Assembly: GCF_000497125.1 (NCBI RefSeq)
Contig: NC_090598.1
Span: 620,001 to 684,000, forward strand
Length of the DNA stretch: 64,000 nt
Direction of reading: 5' to 3'
Origin: Spironucleus salmonicida
Taxonomy: Eukaryota
Shown: piece by piece, positions 14,010-27,103 of the stretch
Layout: every line of letters begins with the position of its first letter
Numbering within the stretch: position 1 is the first letter of the stretch
The notes under the pieces: generated by a model
Told to the model about the DNA's origin: nothing
Database searches by the model: none
What the model saw: only the letters and a program-made list of their open reading frames with translations
Position numbers and translations under genes: made by a program

Positions 14010-15493
14010 AAATAACGAGGTTGAGTGTAGGCAGTTTTATTATATATAGTAAAGCGAACTGTAAATTCGGTAGGTTTAGTAAATGTGATTTTAATTTGGC
14101 CATTTTTAACTGTTAGTAAACAATTATTCTATAATAATAATTATATATTAATAATATAAAAATATATTGTTTTCAAATTAAATTCTTTATACGGGAAAAA
14201 GAAATTAAAAAATGTAATATTCATTTCTTTAACCCTAGTGATCTGTAATTAACACTAATAATTGAAATATATAAGGCCTATCTTTTTTTAATTAATAAAT
14301 ATTAAAATAAGAAAAAACATCTGCAGAGATTCTTCGTATTTTCGTTTAAATTAGCATTTAATAGTAAGTCTACTAAAATTTCATATTACTAATACTATAT
14401 TCATACTTAAATGTTAATTGAAGATGGGTATAATAATAATTTATTAATAATTATACTACATTCTCAAGATTTTTTCTATATCTAAAATCATATATTATTA
14501 TTTGCAATAACTGGATCCATAGTATAATTAAATAATAAGAATTTCATAATGTTTCGATTGAAACTTAGACACACATACATTATAAGATTAGTCTATTTAA
14601 AGAATGAATGCTATTAGTTAGTCAATCAATTTAATTTTTTTTAGTCGTTTAAATTGACAAATTTACTACTCTATTTCTATCCTGATATTGTAAATTTAAA
14701 ATATTACGTATTAGAAAATTATCTTTGAGATATATAATATCCATTATGGTAATAGAATTAAATTGATAATCAAAATATAATCAAGTATAAATAGATATAA
14801 CAATATAAATTATTATTTTAATAGATATTATTTCCTAGTAAGAAATACCAGTTACATTATTATTGCGAGTTTTAAATAAAAATTTTACTTAATTAATTTA
14901 AAATTTATGATAGCAATTAGTAACTAATATATACGATAAATCATAAAATTTATGAGGTTATAATTATTTTAAAATCTTATAAAATTTTGTTTCAATAAAA
15001 AATATTTAAACTTTTAAAAGGCTTAATTTTTAGTTTAAATTAAATTAAATACTTATATTTCTAATATCAATTCTATTACTAGTGTTTGTTGATAGGGATA
15101 GAATTTGATTAACTAATTCTTTTTTACATAGATACCATTTATTTATATATGGATATTATATATATGTTTCTTCTACCCCTTATTAGTCATACTTGTTTTG
15201 TATAAAGTATATTGTTATTAGTAACGATTCACTTTATTTTAATTAATTTTATTTAGAAAGTTTACTCTTATTTTATGCCGATATGAAAGTTTAAAGCACC
15301 AAATTAAATGCACAATACTGTTCTTATATGATACAATATACTTTAATATGGATATTAGACTAACATTAATATTTTTATAATTTATCAATATATTAATATA
15401 TTAATTATAAATATATATATAATTATTGTTAAATCTCTAATAGTTACTAGAATATTGTAAACAGGCAAATAAATTTCAAATAAATAGATCATA

Positions 15494-17413
15494 TCAAATG
15501 AATTTTTAACCACTAGCTAGATCTTTAGTAACAGCAGAAGTCTTTTACACAGTATTATTAGGTTTTCTTCTCATAATAAAGAAAATAATTAGAGCTATCA
15601 ACGATATCAAAATTAAAATACCAATGACAATCCCAGCAATGGCACCTCCGCTAAGTTTATTTACACTTCCCTCTAAACAGCGTCCATCTTTTAGTGAATA
15701 TCCTTCAACACAGCTTTAACAATTGGTCAGGCTATCAAACTAATCATCACAAATACACCTGTGGTTGAGCCCAAGCTATCTGCAATGACCATTACCTGAG
15801 CATTCCTTAGCATCGCTAATACATGACTCGAACACACATTTACCTTCTCTAACCTTGAAAAAACCTTCGTTGCAGTCTTAACAAAACTTACCGGTTGCTC
15901 CAGAGGTACAACGACACTAGAATAAGTTGCCTTCCGCATTAATGCATTCTCCATTACCAGAGCACTCATATTAATCTCTTCCAACACAAACCTAGTTAAC
16001 ACAAGTATGATTGTTAGTTACTACGAATCCTAGATCAGTATTACAGTCATCACAAAATCTACCAATAAATCCAGGTTTGCAAGCACAACCATATATTTCG
16101 CTAACAATATCTAATACTTAACATGATCCATTACCAGAACATGGAAGCGGAGAAGATCTACCAATACAGTTAATTGATACACATTCATCTGTAATATTTT
16201 AATAGCCCTTTTCACAGTCAACACATCTAGATTATCCATCATAACCATTTTTACAAAGACAACGGGAGTCATCATTTATACTTATACAATGTCCAAATCC
16301 ATTGCACTGTTTGTTGTTAACAACACATACTTCAGCTATACAATCGCCACCATCAACTTTATCAAACCCATGACGACAGCTTTCACAATGAATTCCACCG
16401 CTCATGCCATTACATACACAATCTCCCTACTCGTTACAAATACCATTATTAGAGCATGCGTGTTAATCATATTCAAAAACAAAACAAGAATTTGGTTAGC
16501 ATCTTTAATCAATAAGTCTAAAATCTTCAGTACAGCTGTTGCATTGTAGACCCGTATAGCCTGTTTTACATGAGCACTTTTTTAAACTAATATTACAAGT
16601 GCCATTGGCCGAACATTCGTGCCCAGTAGCTCTATCAATACAAGCAGCAGGAATGCATTTTCCATCTGTTGTCATCACCTCGGATGTGTTTTAACACACT
16701 TCACATTTATTTCCTTGATATCCATCATTGCATTCACAACTAGATCCAAAGCAGTCACCTTCATTATTACAAACCTTATTCTAAAAAACACAGGAATCGA
16801 TAATACATCCTTATTTAGTTTTTGAATACCCTGATACACAGCTGAAGCAATTATGATCAGGATCTGCAAATTTATCCTAGCAAACACATACATTTTTACC
16901 ACTAACTAACTTAGAATTACACTTTAGACCTGGTAACATGCATTTGAGTTCACCTTTCACGGTAATACATTCTCTTAAACAAGATCCATCAGGTGCCTTA
17001 ATACTACCTTGATCACAAGTATCACATTATTACCCAGTATAATTATTGAAGCACTCGCAACCGAAATCACAAATTCCATGTTCGCTACAAATAATATCAC
17101 CAGCAAAACATGATTATGGGAGGCATAATCCATCGCTCATATTAAAACCATCCTTACAGTGCAAGCAGCTAAGTGAAGGGTCGAAGTTTTCAGTAGCACA
17201 CGTGCAAACTTTTTTGCCTGGAACTATTCCGTCAGCGCATACAAATGCTCTTGGACAGTCACGTGAAGAGCATTCTTTCAGACAACCTTGTCTGGTTTGA
17301 GTGTATCCTTGGTCGCACGTTTTACATGCATCACCTGTATATCCTTAGTTGCACTAACAAACATTTTCTACACATGTGCCTTAACCACAATCTTTATCAT
17401 CATTGCATGGCAT
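15494..17413 (-). CDS. EGF-repeat (tenascin-like) high-cysteine membrane protein, 639 aa
   Basis: Repeated C-x2-(H/N)G-x-C...CxC-x2-G-Y-x-G-x2-C units, TM GGAIAGIVIGILILISLIALIIFFIM followed by RRK. An alternative in-frame ATG lies at 17509. Confidence 0.88.
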
Positions 17414-19788
17414 TTCTAATGGATTGTTATTAAAATTAATTGCTTATATTATATAAAAATGATATATGCCAGTTCGTGTGAGCTAATTTAAGATTAGTAA
17501 CTCATTCATCTATTAAAGCTTGATAATATATTAATATATGCGAAAGTTGGTTTTTAGTTTTATATTATGAATTTAATATAATCGTGTTATTATCTATATC
17601 TCACATTAGTAAAAATACTACATAAAGTTTATAGTATTATTTATATCTATAAAAATCATATTTTAATGAAAAAAATACTATATACAAATACGATGTTATT
17701 ATATTTTTAATTTAATATTTGAGTACTATCTGAAAATTTACAAAGCTGTAAAAAATTATAATCTAAGTTATTAACGCAAAATTACGTAATCTTTTAAGAA
17801 AATTTAATAAAACAAAAGAATATTAATATTAATTAAAAATATTTTCTAATGATTATTATAAATAAAAAATTTGATTAAGAGTTTAATATTAATTGTCTTA
17901 TCTTAAATTTAAACAATTTGCGTTTATATGAAACTATACAATATGTTGACTAAACTATGAAACCAAACAATACTTCATGATTACTATTATTATACTGATT
18001 TAATGGTTTATTTTATCAATAACAGCATCAATTAAATTAGGGTATAGTCATCAATATTAGAATTACGCAATTTTAAGGATTAATTAGATGTAATTATCAG
18101 TATACTATAACTACTAGTTTAACTCGTTAAAAGAGAAGGCAATATTTGTTTTTTGTGAAAATTTAGTCCTGAAAATACGTTATTAAAAATGAGAATTATT
18201 ATATATAGAAAATTCATAAAATAGAAAATTATTAATAAGTTTATAATAACTTAATGTCAACCTAAACCATTTATAATAAAATATTTTTTTAAGAAATAGT
18301 TTCTCATCACTGATATTTTGATTTGTATAAAATTATAATTTTTGTAGAAATCCTAATATTTTCTAATAATAATACTAAATTATTATATTAATTTTTAACT
18401 AAAGAAATTTATAAAAATTTGATGTTATGTTCAATTAATTTAATAGTATGCTATATTGATTTAATTTAATTTAACTAAATTGATTGATTATCAAAAATAT
18501 ATATATGCAATTTTTTATAATATAACTGTTAATACTCCCATTTATGTATAAAAATTATTAATTAATTGATTCAACACCAATTTAATTAGTTTAATTTTTG
18601 AATTAAATTAGTTATTCAATAATAATTATTCTATTAAATAAGTAATATAATAAGATTCAATATGCTTTATAAATAGATTTTGTGTTATTTCTTTATTGTA
18701 TAAAGCTACTTTCGTTCTAGCTTATGTATAATAATTAATAAACTGGACAGAATGTTCATTTTTTTAATAATAATACCTAACCTTACACTTTCAAATATAA
18801 ATTTACTAATATAAAATTATAATTTGCATTACTTATTGATAATCTCAAGTGAACTTATTTTAATAACAAAGTTTTACTATGTTATATTAGTATTACCAGA
18901 TTAAGTGTGATTGTTATATATAAAAATGGTTCAGTACTATTTTAATAGTAACTTCACTAACAAAAGATTACTTATAATTTTTACCAATTAGAGAAAAATT
19001 CAAAAAAAAAATTAAATCTAAGGTATACCTAAAAATAGATTAATATAAATTTATTTATATAAATAAAAATATTTTCGTTACTAGCATTTTTAAATAACTA
19101 CTCAGAAAATTTAAATAAAAATGAGTCTTACAAATCTGTACTTGTATAGATTTAAATTACATTTTTAAGTTTAAAAATTACAATAAAATATTAATAATTT
19201 GATGAGTCATTACTTTATGATGAATAATTTTAAGTATTTCCTAGAATTTTTGTAGTTATTTTGTCTATAAATATTTTTTATAGATGACGATAGATAAAAC
19301 TTATTATATTATCTTGTTATCCACCATATAATTTACTAATTGTATAATATTTATTCTTTTATATTAAGGCATAGCCTATAATTTTACTAATTTATACTAA
19401 AATATATCCGTATCATGTTTAATATATCTATTACTAATAATATTTATGGCTTTGCCGTATTCTTAATCATACTATTTCCTAATACAAGGAGAGTAATAAG
19501 CTATACTAGGATATAAAACAATATTTTCTTATATTTAATCATAGTAGACTTAATTTCTTGCAATTTAAATAATTAATTACTGCAAATAATTTTACACTAG
19601 ATTTCGCTTCTGAATGCATAAGTATGGTAGAATAACTCATCCAGTACCTGTATTTATGGTTTAAAACTAATGTCTCATCCCACAAAACTAGCATAATCCT
19701 ACCATAAATCCGACTTGCCAACTGATACGCTAACCAAATAAACCATCTCCAGCCTCACTCAATAATAAATATTACCCCATCATACATT

Positions 19789-21369
19789 ATGCCAAAAAGT
19801 GTCAAAATAGACTATAGCTAACATTATTAAAATTATCCCCTATCCTAGACATACCATAATATTTGCTATCTTGCGCTACTTATCGTCTAACTCCGCGTAC
19901 ACTAAACATACTTGAAAATCAAGTGGAGCTCGATAGAAACCCACGCACAAAGCACACTCCCACTGCATTGCATCATTTCAACACAAATTCACTTCACTGT
20001 CTGCGAAGTCCTGAAATTTACCTAAAAACCGAACGAAAAGGAGCGAAAAGTTCAGGCGACAGCAGAATGTGCTGGAACGTGGAATTTCGTTCCAGGCGCA
20101 ACGTGCTATTACGTATACGCTGCAATTTACAGTTTAATTTCCCGAAAAATCGATCAGCGCAGTTCGTGCTCAGCGGCAATATGTGCGGTTTCCCGAATGT
20201 GGATTTCGCCACTTTGCGGGATCTGCACGTTCCAGTACGTAACTTGCTAGCGCTGCTTCGATAGCTTCATGATTTCTGCTGGTGTGTGCATATGTGCGTC
20301 ACGGAACTGTGTGGAGCTTGCGAGCAGACGCTGCCTGCCCACGCACTTCCTCAACGGCAACAAAACGTGCGTTCCGTGCTCGATAATGCCGCTCTGCAGT
20401 GAGTGCTTGTTTGCTGGAGGGATAGTGTGTCGCAAGTGCATTAGCGGCTTTATGATGGCGAATAATGAATGCACGGCCGTCCCGCCCAACTGCGCCCAGC
20501 CGGCTGACGAGGTGGTGTGCGCCAGGTGCGAGGACGGGTTTGCGCTCACGGCCTAGAATACGTGTACATCCTGCTAGGCGGTGGCGCACTGCGAGAAGTG
20601 CATCATGCGGAGAGGCGTGGTGAGCTGCTACCGATGCGAGAATCAGCTAGGGCTGACGCGTGATCGATAGTGTGAAAAGTGCGATGCCGTGCTGAGGTTC
20701 GACAGCCCACAGTGCGTCTGCGGGGCTGCTGAGAACTGCGGCAACTGTGATGCGAGCGGTACGGCCTGCTAGGAGTGCTTCCGCGGTTACCAGAAGATTG
20801 GAGGAGTGTGCGTCAAGGCTAAATGCTAGGTTGAGAACTGCTTCACGTGCAGCGACAGACCTGATTCCTGCATGGTGTGCGACAGCGACTATGATCTTAC
20901 TAACAGGGACACCTGTCAGCACAGATGCAGCGGGCAGCCGTAGCAGGGGAGCTTCTGCAAAGAGACAGCGAGCAGAACTTATGAGTGGGCGAACTGCCCG
21001 TTCAAGCCTGAGGAGATATCGCAGATGCTCATGCCTTGTGTCTGCGGGGAGGAAAATAACTGTGCGAACTGCGACTTCATGTTTTAGAATAGGTGCGGGA
21101 AGTGCCTTAATGGATACCAAGAGAAGATGGGGAGGTGTGTGGAGTGCGCCGCAGGCTTTGCTAAGCAAGAGTCAAATGGGATCTGCGTGAAGGTAATTAT
21201 ACCAGAAGAAGTGAAGCCAGGGCTGTCTGCTGGGGTCATCGTAGGCATCGCTGTTGCGGTAGTGGTATTTATAGGTCTGGTTGTTGGAGTCGTTATCGGT
21301 GTTTGCGCTGTTGCAAAGAGGCGCGAGCCAGCTCCGATCGCGCCGGAAATTGTTATAACCGCAGACTGA
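19789..21369 (+). CDS. Cysteine-rich membrane protein with degenerate/rearranged N-terminus (start uncertain; 20269 is an alternative)
   Basis: TGA-free frame 19789-21369. CxxC repeats from ~20240, TM GVIVGIAVAVVVFIGLVVGVVIGVCAVA, KRR tail. 20160-20330 is a deleted, frameshifted relic of the N-terminus that is intact in the copy starting at 46090. Confidence 0.7.
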
Positions 21370-21818
21370 CGATTTATTTTACAGCGGTAAATTAGTGCGC
21401 TTTCCTTCAGAAGTGGTGCTTGCCTAAATTTAACTGTAGCGTCACCATTACTTGAACTTTTAGATATTTATAATAAGGGGTGAAAACGGGATGGCCAAGG
21501 GTCGAGTTCAGGTAAAAATGAGCTCTTGACTGGAAAATATTAGAGTGAACACTAGCTGCTTTAACTCAAATTTAAGCAAAGTGGAAATTAGATGGAGTCT
21601 ATTTTATTGAAATTTTTTGAACACAAACCTAATATATACTATGTTTCTATTTACTACACTCCAAATTTATAATTATATTATATTTGTGATAACATTAGCC
21701 TAAGGAAGTAAATGCAAAAGACCTTTAAATTCTTTATTAGCAATAACTAGCAGATCTTACAAAAATAAAAACAACCCCCTAAGTGGTAGATTAGCTATTT
21801 TTGCATATCATATGCAAA

Positions 21819-22956
21819 ATGACCAAGCAGTGCACCAAAGATGACACCGAAACGTGCACGGATCCCGGCACTTACTGCCCGTACGATATCGGAGTTGAAC
21901 CACCCGAATATAAAACTATGAAGTCTGCACTGGTATCACTCCAGACACCTCACCTGCCTAAATGGTGCGGCCAACTACGTTCATGATGCAGAAGTCACCT
22001 GCAAACCCTGCACATCACCGTATCGCACCCAGTGTTAATGCAACGGCGCCACCTGCGCAGACGATGCTGCAGCGTGCCAGGAGTGCGTAGCAGGGTTCGA
22101 GTTGAAGGGCGGGCGTGTTAAGCCTGCGCCCAGGGCTTCTACAAAAGCGGCGACGCATGCTATCCCTGCGGCCTAACCTGCAAGTCGTGCAGAAGCGGGC
22201 TGGATTGTGACGTCTGCACGGACTTCTACGCGCGGAACGACGACGGAATCTGTATGCCTGGAACGGGCTGCTAGGTAGCCAAAGACTGCGGCCCTGGGCA
22301 CTTTTGCGGTCAGACGAAAACTTGTGCAAAGTGCATGGGCAGCGGCAAGGAGTGCCAGAACGACGATTCGTGCGACGTATGCGATTCGGGACTGGACGAG
22401 ACCAAGGATTGCCAGGAGCGCAGGCCGGGTGGGTTAACAATAGTGGAAAATACCACCAGTGCCACGCCAACTGCGCAATGTGCGAAGTAACTCCAAGACG
22501 CTGCACAGCTTGCCACTTCTCCTATGAAATAACGACAGAGCAAACGTGCGTGCAGAGATGCAAGGATAAGTAGGACGGCATGACGTGTCAGGACGGGAAG
22601 CTAAAGGAATGCGACGCGTACCGCTAGCTCGCGTAATGCTGTTGTGGGACGAGACTGCACTGCTTAAATTGCAGTTAGGATCGCTCGGCATGCGGTTCAT
22701 GGCAGCTTGGGTATAGTCTAGCGAGTGGGGCGTGCTCCACATGAGTGATTGGGACCACCAAGTTTATGGTTACTACTTTCCGGATAAGCAGGACCCCGGC
22801 TAGGACGAGAGTAGCCTTTCTGGAGCGGCAATAGCAGGAGTCGTTACCGGAGTACTTGCCATGATATGCCTGTGCGGCTTAGCCACATGCTGCTGCGTGA
22901 TGAAAAAGAGAGTGGCGAAAATCTAACAGAGCTAGTCGGGTGAGGTACTATAGTGA
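21819..22956 (+). pseudogene. Degenerate CRMP pseudogene, paralog of 24177-25307
   Basis: Starts MTKQCTKDDTETCTDPGTYCP (compare MTKQCSKAYPTTCTDPSTYCP). Early TGA at 21984-21986, CxxC fragments in several frames, TM remnant SGAAIAGVVTGVLAMICLCGLATCCCVMKKR. Confidence 0.82.
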
Positions 22957-24160
22957 GATATTTTCCAGGGAAGCTTTTGGGTATAAATTCTATAGCGGCA
23001 TGTCAGGACGATAAAGTATAAGAAATCGCATACGGACGGGATATGATTGCGTACACTTATATTTAGCAGTCGGGAGTTATCATATTATGGAATAGATAAA
23101 TATTTCATATCGACGAGCAATTGAGATGGCCGCCCAAGCGTGCTTAGATTTATATGCGTAGGCCCATGGATGAACTAGCTCTTGCTGAGGTTGGTTTAGC
23201 GCATTAGAGCTATAGCAGGCGTTACTAGGTATTGTGCTACGTCAATAATATGTGTCAGAAACGTATTCATTGCTATGTTATACTACAAACGGATATAAAT
23301 TTGTAAATGGCTTCCCACCGAAGGCCAAACATAATGAAAACTAATACGCTGGTTTGTACGCATAGTGTTAGCTATAGCCAGCTAGTTCAACGCAGTAGTT
23401 AATGTTTTAATTATGCCCACTCTGGTCGCGAGGAGAAGCACTTGATAGTTAGCTATCCAAATATTTTAGTTCAATATCTGAATTACTAATAACTAGCAGC
23501 AAGTAATCCTGCTGGTATCAAAAACGTCCGCCTCTGGTCAGAATTGCAAGTTTATCGGATATAGGGGTTCTGTTCAACTAAACAGCGTTTACATTTCTAA
23601 CAATAAACCCATCAACTAGGCGTGTTCTCGTAATATTAGGATACTTTTACTATTAATACTACGCCGCCATATGACATATTTCTGTAAAATATCGCACAGG
23701 CGAGCTGCTTCCAAATCTGGCATGCGGGAGGTCGCGTGTGAGTTTTCCGTTTTGCACTAAAACTTAGCAATGCTTGTGAATTGCTATGCATTTGCTGCCT
23801 ATCCCTGTTTTTGTCTACACCACCTTACTATGCTGCTCATGGTGCTTACTGCAGATAGCGAAGGTTAACAGCACCGGCATTGTTTACCACCTATTGGTAG
23901 AGTTACTAATTTCTATTTCCGTAAGAACACAACTTTAATTTTCGTAAAATTAGATATTAATACATATTATTTTAAATAATTTAACATTTTTGCTAAAATA
24001 GTTTTAAGTTTATTTTTCCTTATATTCATATTAATTCCTATAACTAATTGATGGAATTTTTTTGTTAAGTTTATTATATCCTCAGCATGCTTTATCGACA
24101 CGTTGGTAAAATAAAAATAAGCTACCCACAGAATTTTACAATTATCCCGAGCTTTACCTC

Positions 24161-24176
24161 TCCCACTCCACCCCAA
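24161..24176 (+). promoter_or_regulatory. C-rich CACTCC pre-ATG promoter motif (representative instance)
   Basis: CACTCC ends 5-7 nt before the ATG at 10279-10284, 24164-24169, 27091-27096 (+) and at 35453-35458, 56831-56836, 59373-59378 (-). Confidence 0.75.
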
Positions 24177-25307
24177 ATGACGAAGCAGTGTTCTAAAGCC
24201 TACCCCACCACATGCACGGACCCCAGCACGTACTGTCCAGAGGACGTGGGAGACGACCTAACCGACTGCCTAAATTGCTCCCCGAACTGCATTGTGTGCA
24301 CTGGGACGATCGCAGCCCCAACTGCGTGCACCCAGTGCGCAGAGAATTATGCCTTGTCTGCGGCCGGCCAGTGCGAGGCATGTTAGGCCATGTCCATCGT
24401 TCCCTGTACATGCAAAGCGTTCAAAAACTGCGCCACCTGCAAAACAGCCCTCACCGGGTGCTAAACGTGCATCGTGGGATTTGAAATATTTATGCAAACG
24501 TGCTCTAAATGCGCACCAGGCTTTTATAAGGACAAGGACGCCTGCCCAGCCTGCCTTGCGAACTGCATCAGCTGCAAGGATGGGGCTAAGTGCGAAACAT
24601 GCAGCAATGGCTACGAGCTCACAGATGATGGCCAATGCGTAGAAGAGAACGTGTGCGAGCAAAACGAGGACTGCGCCGCTGGGAGTTTCTGCGGTGCCGG
24701 GAAGAAGTGCGAGCCGTGCAACGCCAGCTGCCTGACCTGTGCAGATTCGGAGCACTGCACTTCCTGCGGCAAGGGCCTGATTCTGCAGGACTGGGTCTGC
24801 GTCTCCTGCGACGAAGCGTGCGGTGAGTGCGCTGGCGCACCTAGCAACTGCACGGCGTGCAAGGCCACTCACGAGATGACGACGAAGCATGAGTGCGTGG
24901 AGAAGTGCGCCGGGATTACCACTGGCACGGCGTGCGTGGACAGCGCCGTCGTCGAATGCGGCGGACGCCTGCAGATGACCCAGTGCGCGTGCCAGAACGC
25001 GGTCAACTGCCTATCGTGCAGCGAGGACGGAACGAAGTGCGGCAGCTGCCTGGCTGGGTACGAGCTCGAGGCGTTAGCGTGTCTGAAGTGCGCGGCCGAT
25101 TTCTACCAGGTCGGGGTGTTCTGCTTCTCGGACAAGGTGGACCCAGTGAAGCCAAATAGAATTTCGACCGGCGGGATAATCGGCATCGTCATAGCGATTC
25201 TGGTAGCAGTAGGTGTAGTAGGCGGCGTAGTCGGCTGCTGCATGAGGAAGAAGAAGCACACCGCGGTGGTGGCGGACGCAGAAACGGTCGTCGCGGGCCA
25301 ACAGTGA
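24177..25307 (+). CDS. Cysteine-rich membrane protein, 376 aa
   Basis: Joins track ORFs 24087-24386 and 24474-25307 across TAG/TAA. CxxC repeats, TM GGIIGIVIAILVAVGVVGGVVGCCM, RKKK tail. CACTCC motif just before ATG 24177. Confidence 0.93.
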
Positions 25308-25493
25308 TGGTGTTACTGGCATAAGCTTCAGAGAGACAAACTCAACTCGCCAGCGGGCCCATTCTAGGCCAGGGTGGAAACGCCCGGCAAGGGTATAATA
25401 ACTATGGTTATATTCCTTTCCGTTATAAAGAGCGGTTGCCTCGAATATACCCACTTGAAAAGGATATAATACATTACAAATAATCCCAATAAA

Positions 25494-25880
25494 ATGGACG
25501 GCCAACCCCAGCTGCCCAGCTTACCACCGCCTGATTTCCAGCTGCAACCTGACGACGCCGGCGCCTGCTCCTCGTACAGCGGATGGGCGTCCGGGAGCGC
25601 GCAGACCGTTGCGGCAGGGATGGGCGAGGTCCTGTCGGTGAGGGGCATATTCTGCAGCTGCGCACCCCCGAGGTACCAGAGGTGCCAGAAGGAGGCCGGC
25701 TTGCTGACCATGGCTGTTCCCGGGTTCGGGTTGCTCTGCTGCGTGTCCTGCTATGGCGCCGAACGCCTCGATCGCTGCAGTGTCGTGTTGGCGGGCCTGC
25801 TCATGCATCTGAGCTCGTACGTTCTAGTCGGTTGGGTCGTTGCTTGCATGGTCGGATGGCGGATGATCGTATTGCAGTGA
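25494..25880 (+). CDS. Small Cys-rich membrane protein, 128 aa, possibly Spec3/Stum-like
   Basis: GC-rich clean ORF after AAAATG. C-terminal pattern VPGFGLL...AGLLMHLSSYVLVGWVVACMVGWRMI resembles the Spec3/Stum PGxG...GxxQ...LVGWxWSxxWG pattern (recognised by eye only). Confidence 0.7.
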   Translation: MDGQPQLPSLPPPDFQLQPDDAGACSSYSGWASGSAQTVAAGMGEVLSVRGIFCSCAPPRYQRCQKEAGLLTMAVPGFGLLCCVSCYGAERLDRCSVVLAGLLMHLSSYVLVGWVVACMVGWRMIVLQ

Positions 25881-27103
25881 CGGTTTTGAGTGTATTGAAT
25901 GTTTGCTGCACCTGCTGTGGCTGCTTCGAGGATACTTGCTCACATAGCAGTATCACAGAAAGCGTAAGGATAATTATAAAGTTTTTCAATAAAAAGCAAA
26001 TAATATATTATAGTAAAGTGTAGGAGTATATTTGTGATTTCTAATCATCCAATTTAAAAATATTATAGAGCATCATTGCCTATTGCTTTCTGTATTTTGT
26101 CGAAATATTCAAAGAAAATAAGAAATTCGTTCTAGATATTAATAATTTTAAGTTATAAATAAGTTTTAATTATATTTGTATATATAATAAAGTTTAAATA
26201 TTATAATATTAGTCTTCGAAATTAAACAATTAATAGAAATATAATACTATACATAAGTTTATTGATATTGGGATTGTAAAGTTTATATTTATCATATATA
26301 TATGCGATTACCATTCTATGTACATAACAACTTTACTACAATCTGTAGGGTAATAATATGATTTATTCTTAATATTTATTATCTATAATAGATATTCTTT
26401 CTATAATAATGCTAATATTTTTTAAATAAAATAAAGTTACAAAGAATAAATTTACTAAGATAAATGACATATTAGTAATATAATATTTCTTGTCTATGTA
26501 TTAAGGAAAATCTATAATAATAGATATGAATGGTAAATTTAATTACAAACATGCAGCATAATTTTACAATCGACAATCAATTGTAATATAATTGACATTT
26601 TTAAGTGATTTATCCCCATTATTTTAAAGTTTGATAAAATGCCTAATAAAATAAATGGATTATAATTTATTTAGATATTTTTATAATAAGCATAACCGAC
26701 AGAAACTTATTTATAAAATAATACTATATTATCTTAATATATCATATAAATTTTTACAATTACATTATCTTAATAAATTTTATTTATAATTGTATCGTAT
26801 TTACACTAGAAATATTATATTAATATTTGCATAAATATAAACGATATTAATTATTTTATTTCGTTATTTTTATAAAGTTATACTTTAGCTATAACTTAAT
26901 TTTTATAATTTAATTTTACTGTATATTTAAAAAAAAACATTTAATATGTAATATTTATTAATTTTTAGATAAATCTGTAAAAATAATAAATATTATTCAT
27001 TTTAACTAATTTTATTTTATTATATATATTTAATACAAGAATAATTTTATAGCTTTGATTATAATGAAAATTAATATGAAAAGTATTTTCCACTCCATAA
27101 AAA

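Larger units (their letters stand above)
20330..25982. repeat. Left arm of 5.65 kb near-perfect inverted repeat (partner 40126-45777)
   Basis: Mirror ORF coordinates sum to 66108 (66107 beyond one indel). By eye about 9 substitutions and one 1-nt indel. Confidence 0.97.

Noticed and set aside
17450-19780. Long very AT-rich tract (also 4300-6030, 14010-15490, 26000-27090, 51410-52570)
   Set aside because: No ORF with credible features, tandem repeat or array seen. Treated as ordinary intergenic DNA.
21485-21535. tRNA-like boxes (TGGCCAAGGG...GTTCA)
   Set aside because: No cloverleaf or acceptor stem could be built and the spacing is too short.
25316-25440. Hammerhead ribozyme or SECIS identity for the structured spacer
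   Set aside because: The CUGAnGA core and the SECIS quartet geometry were not found on either strand.
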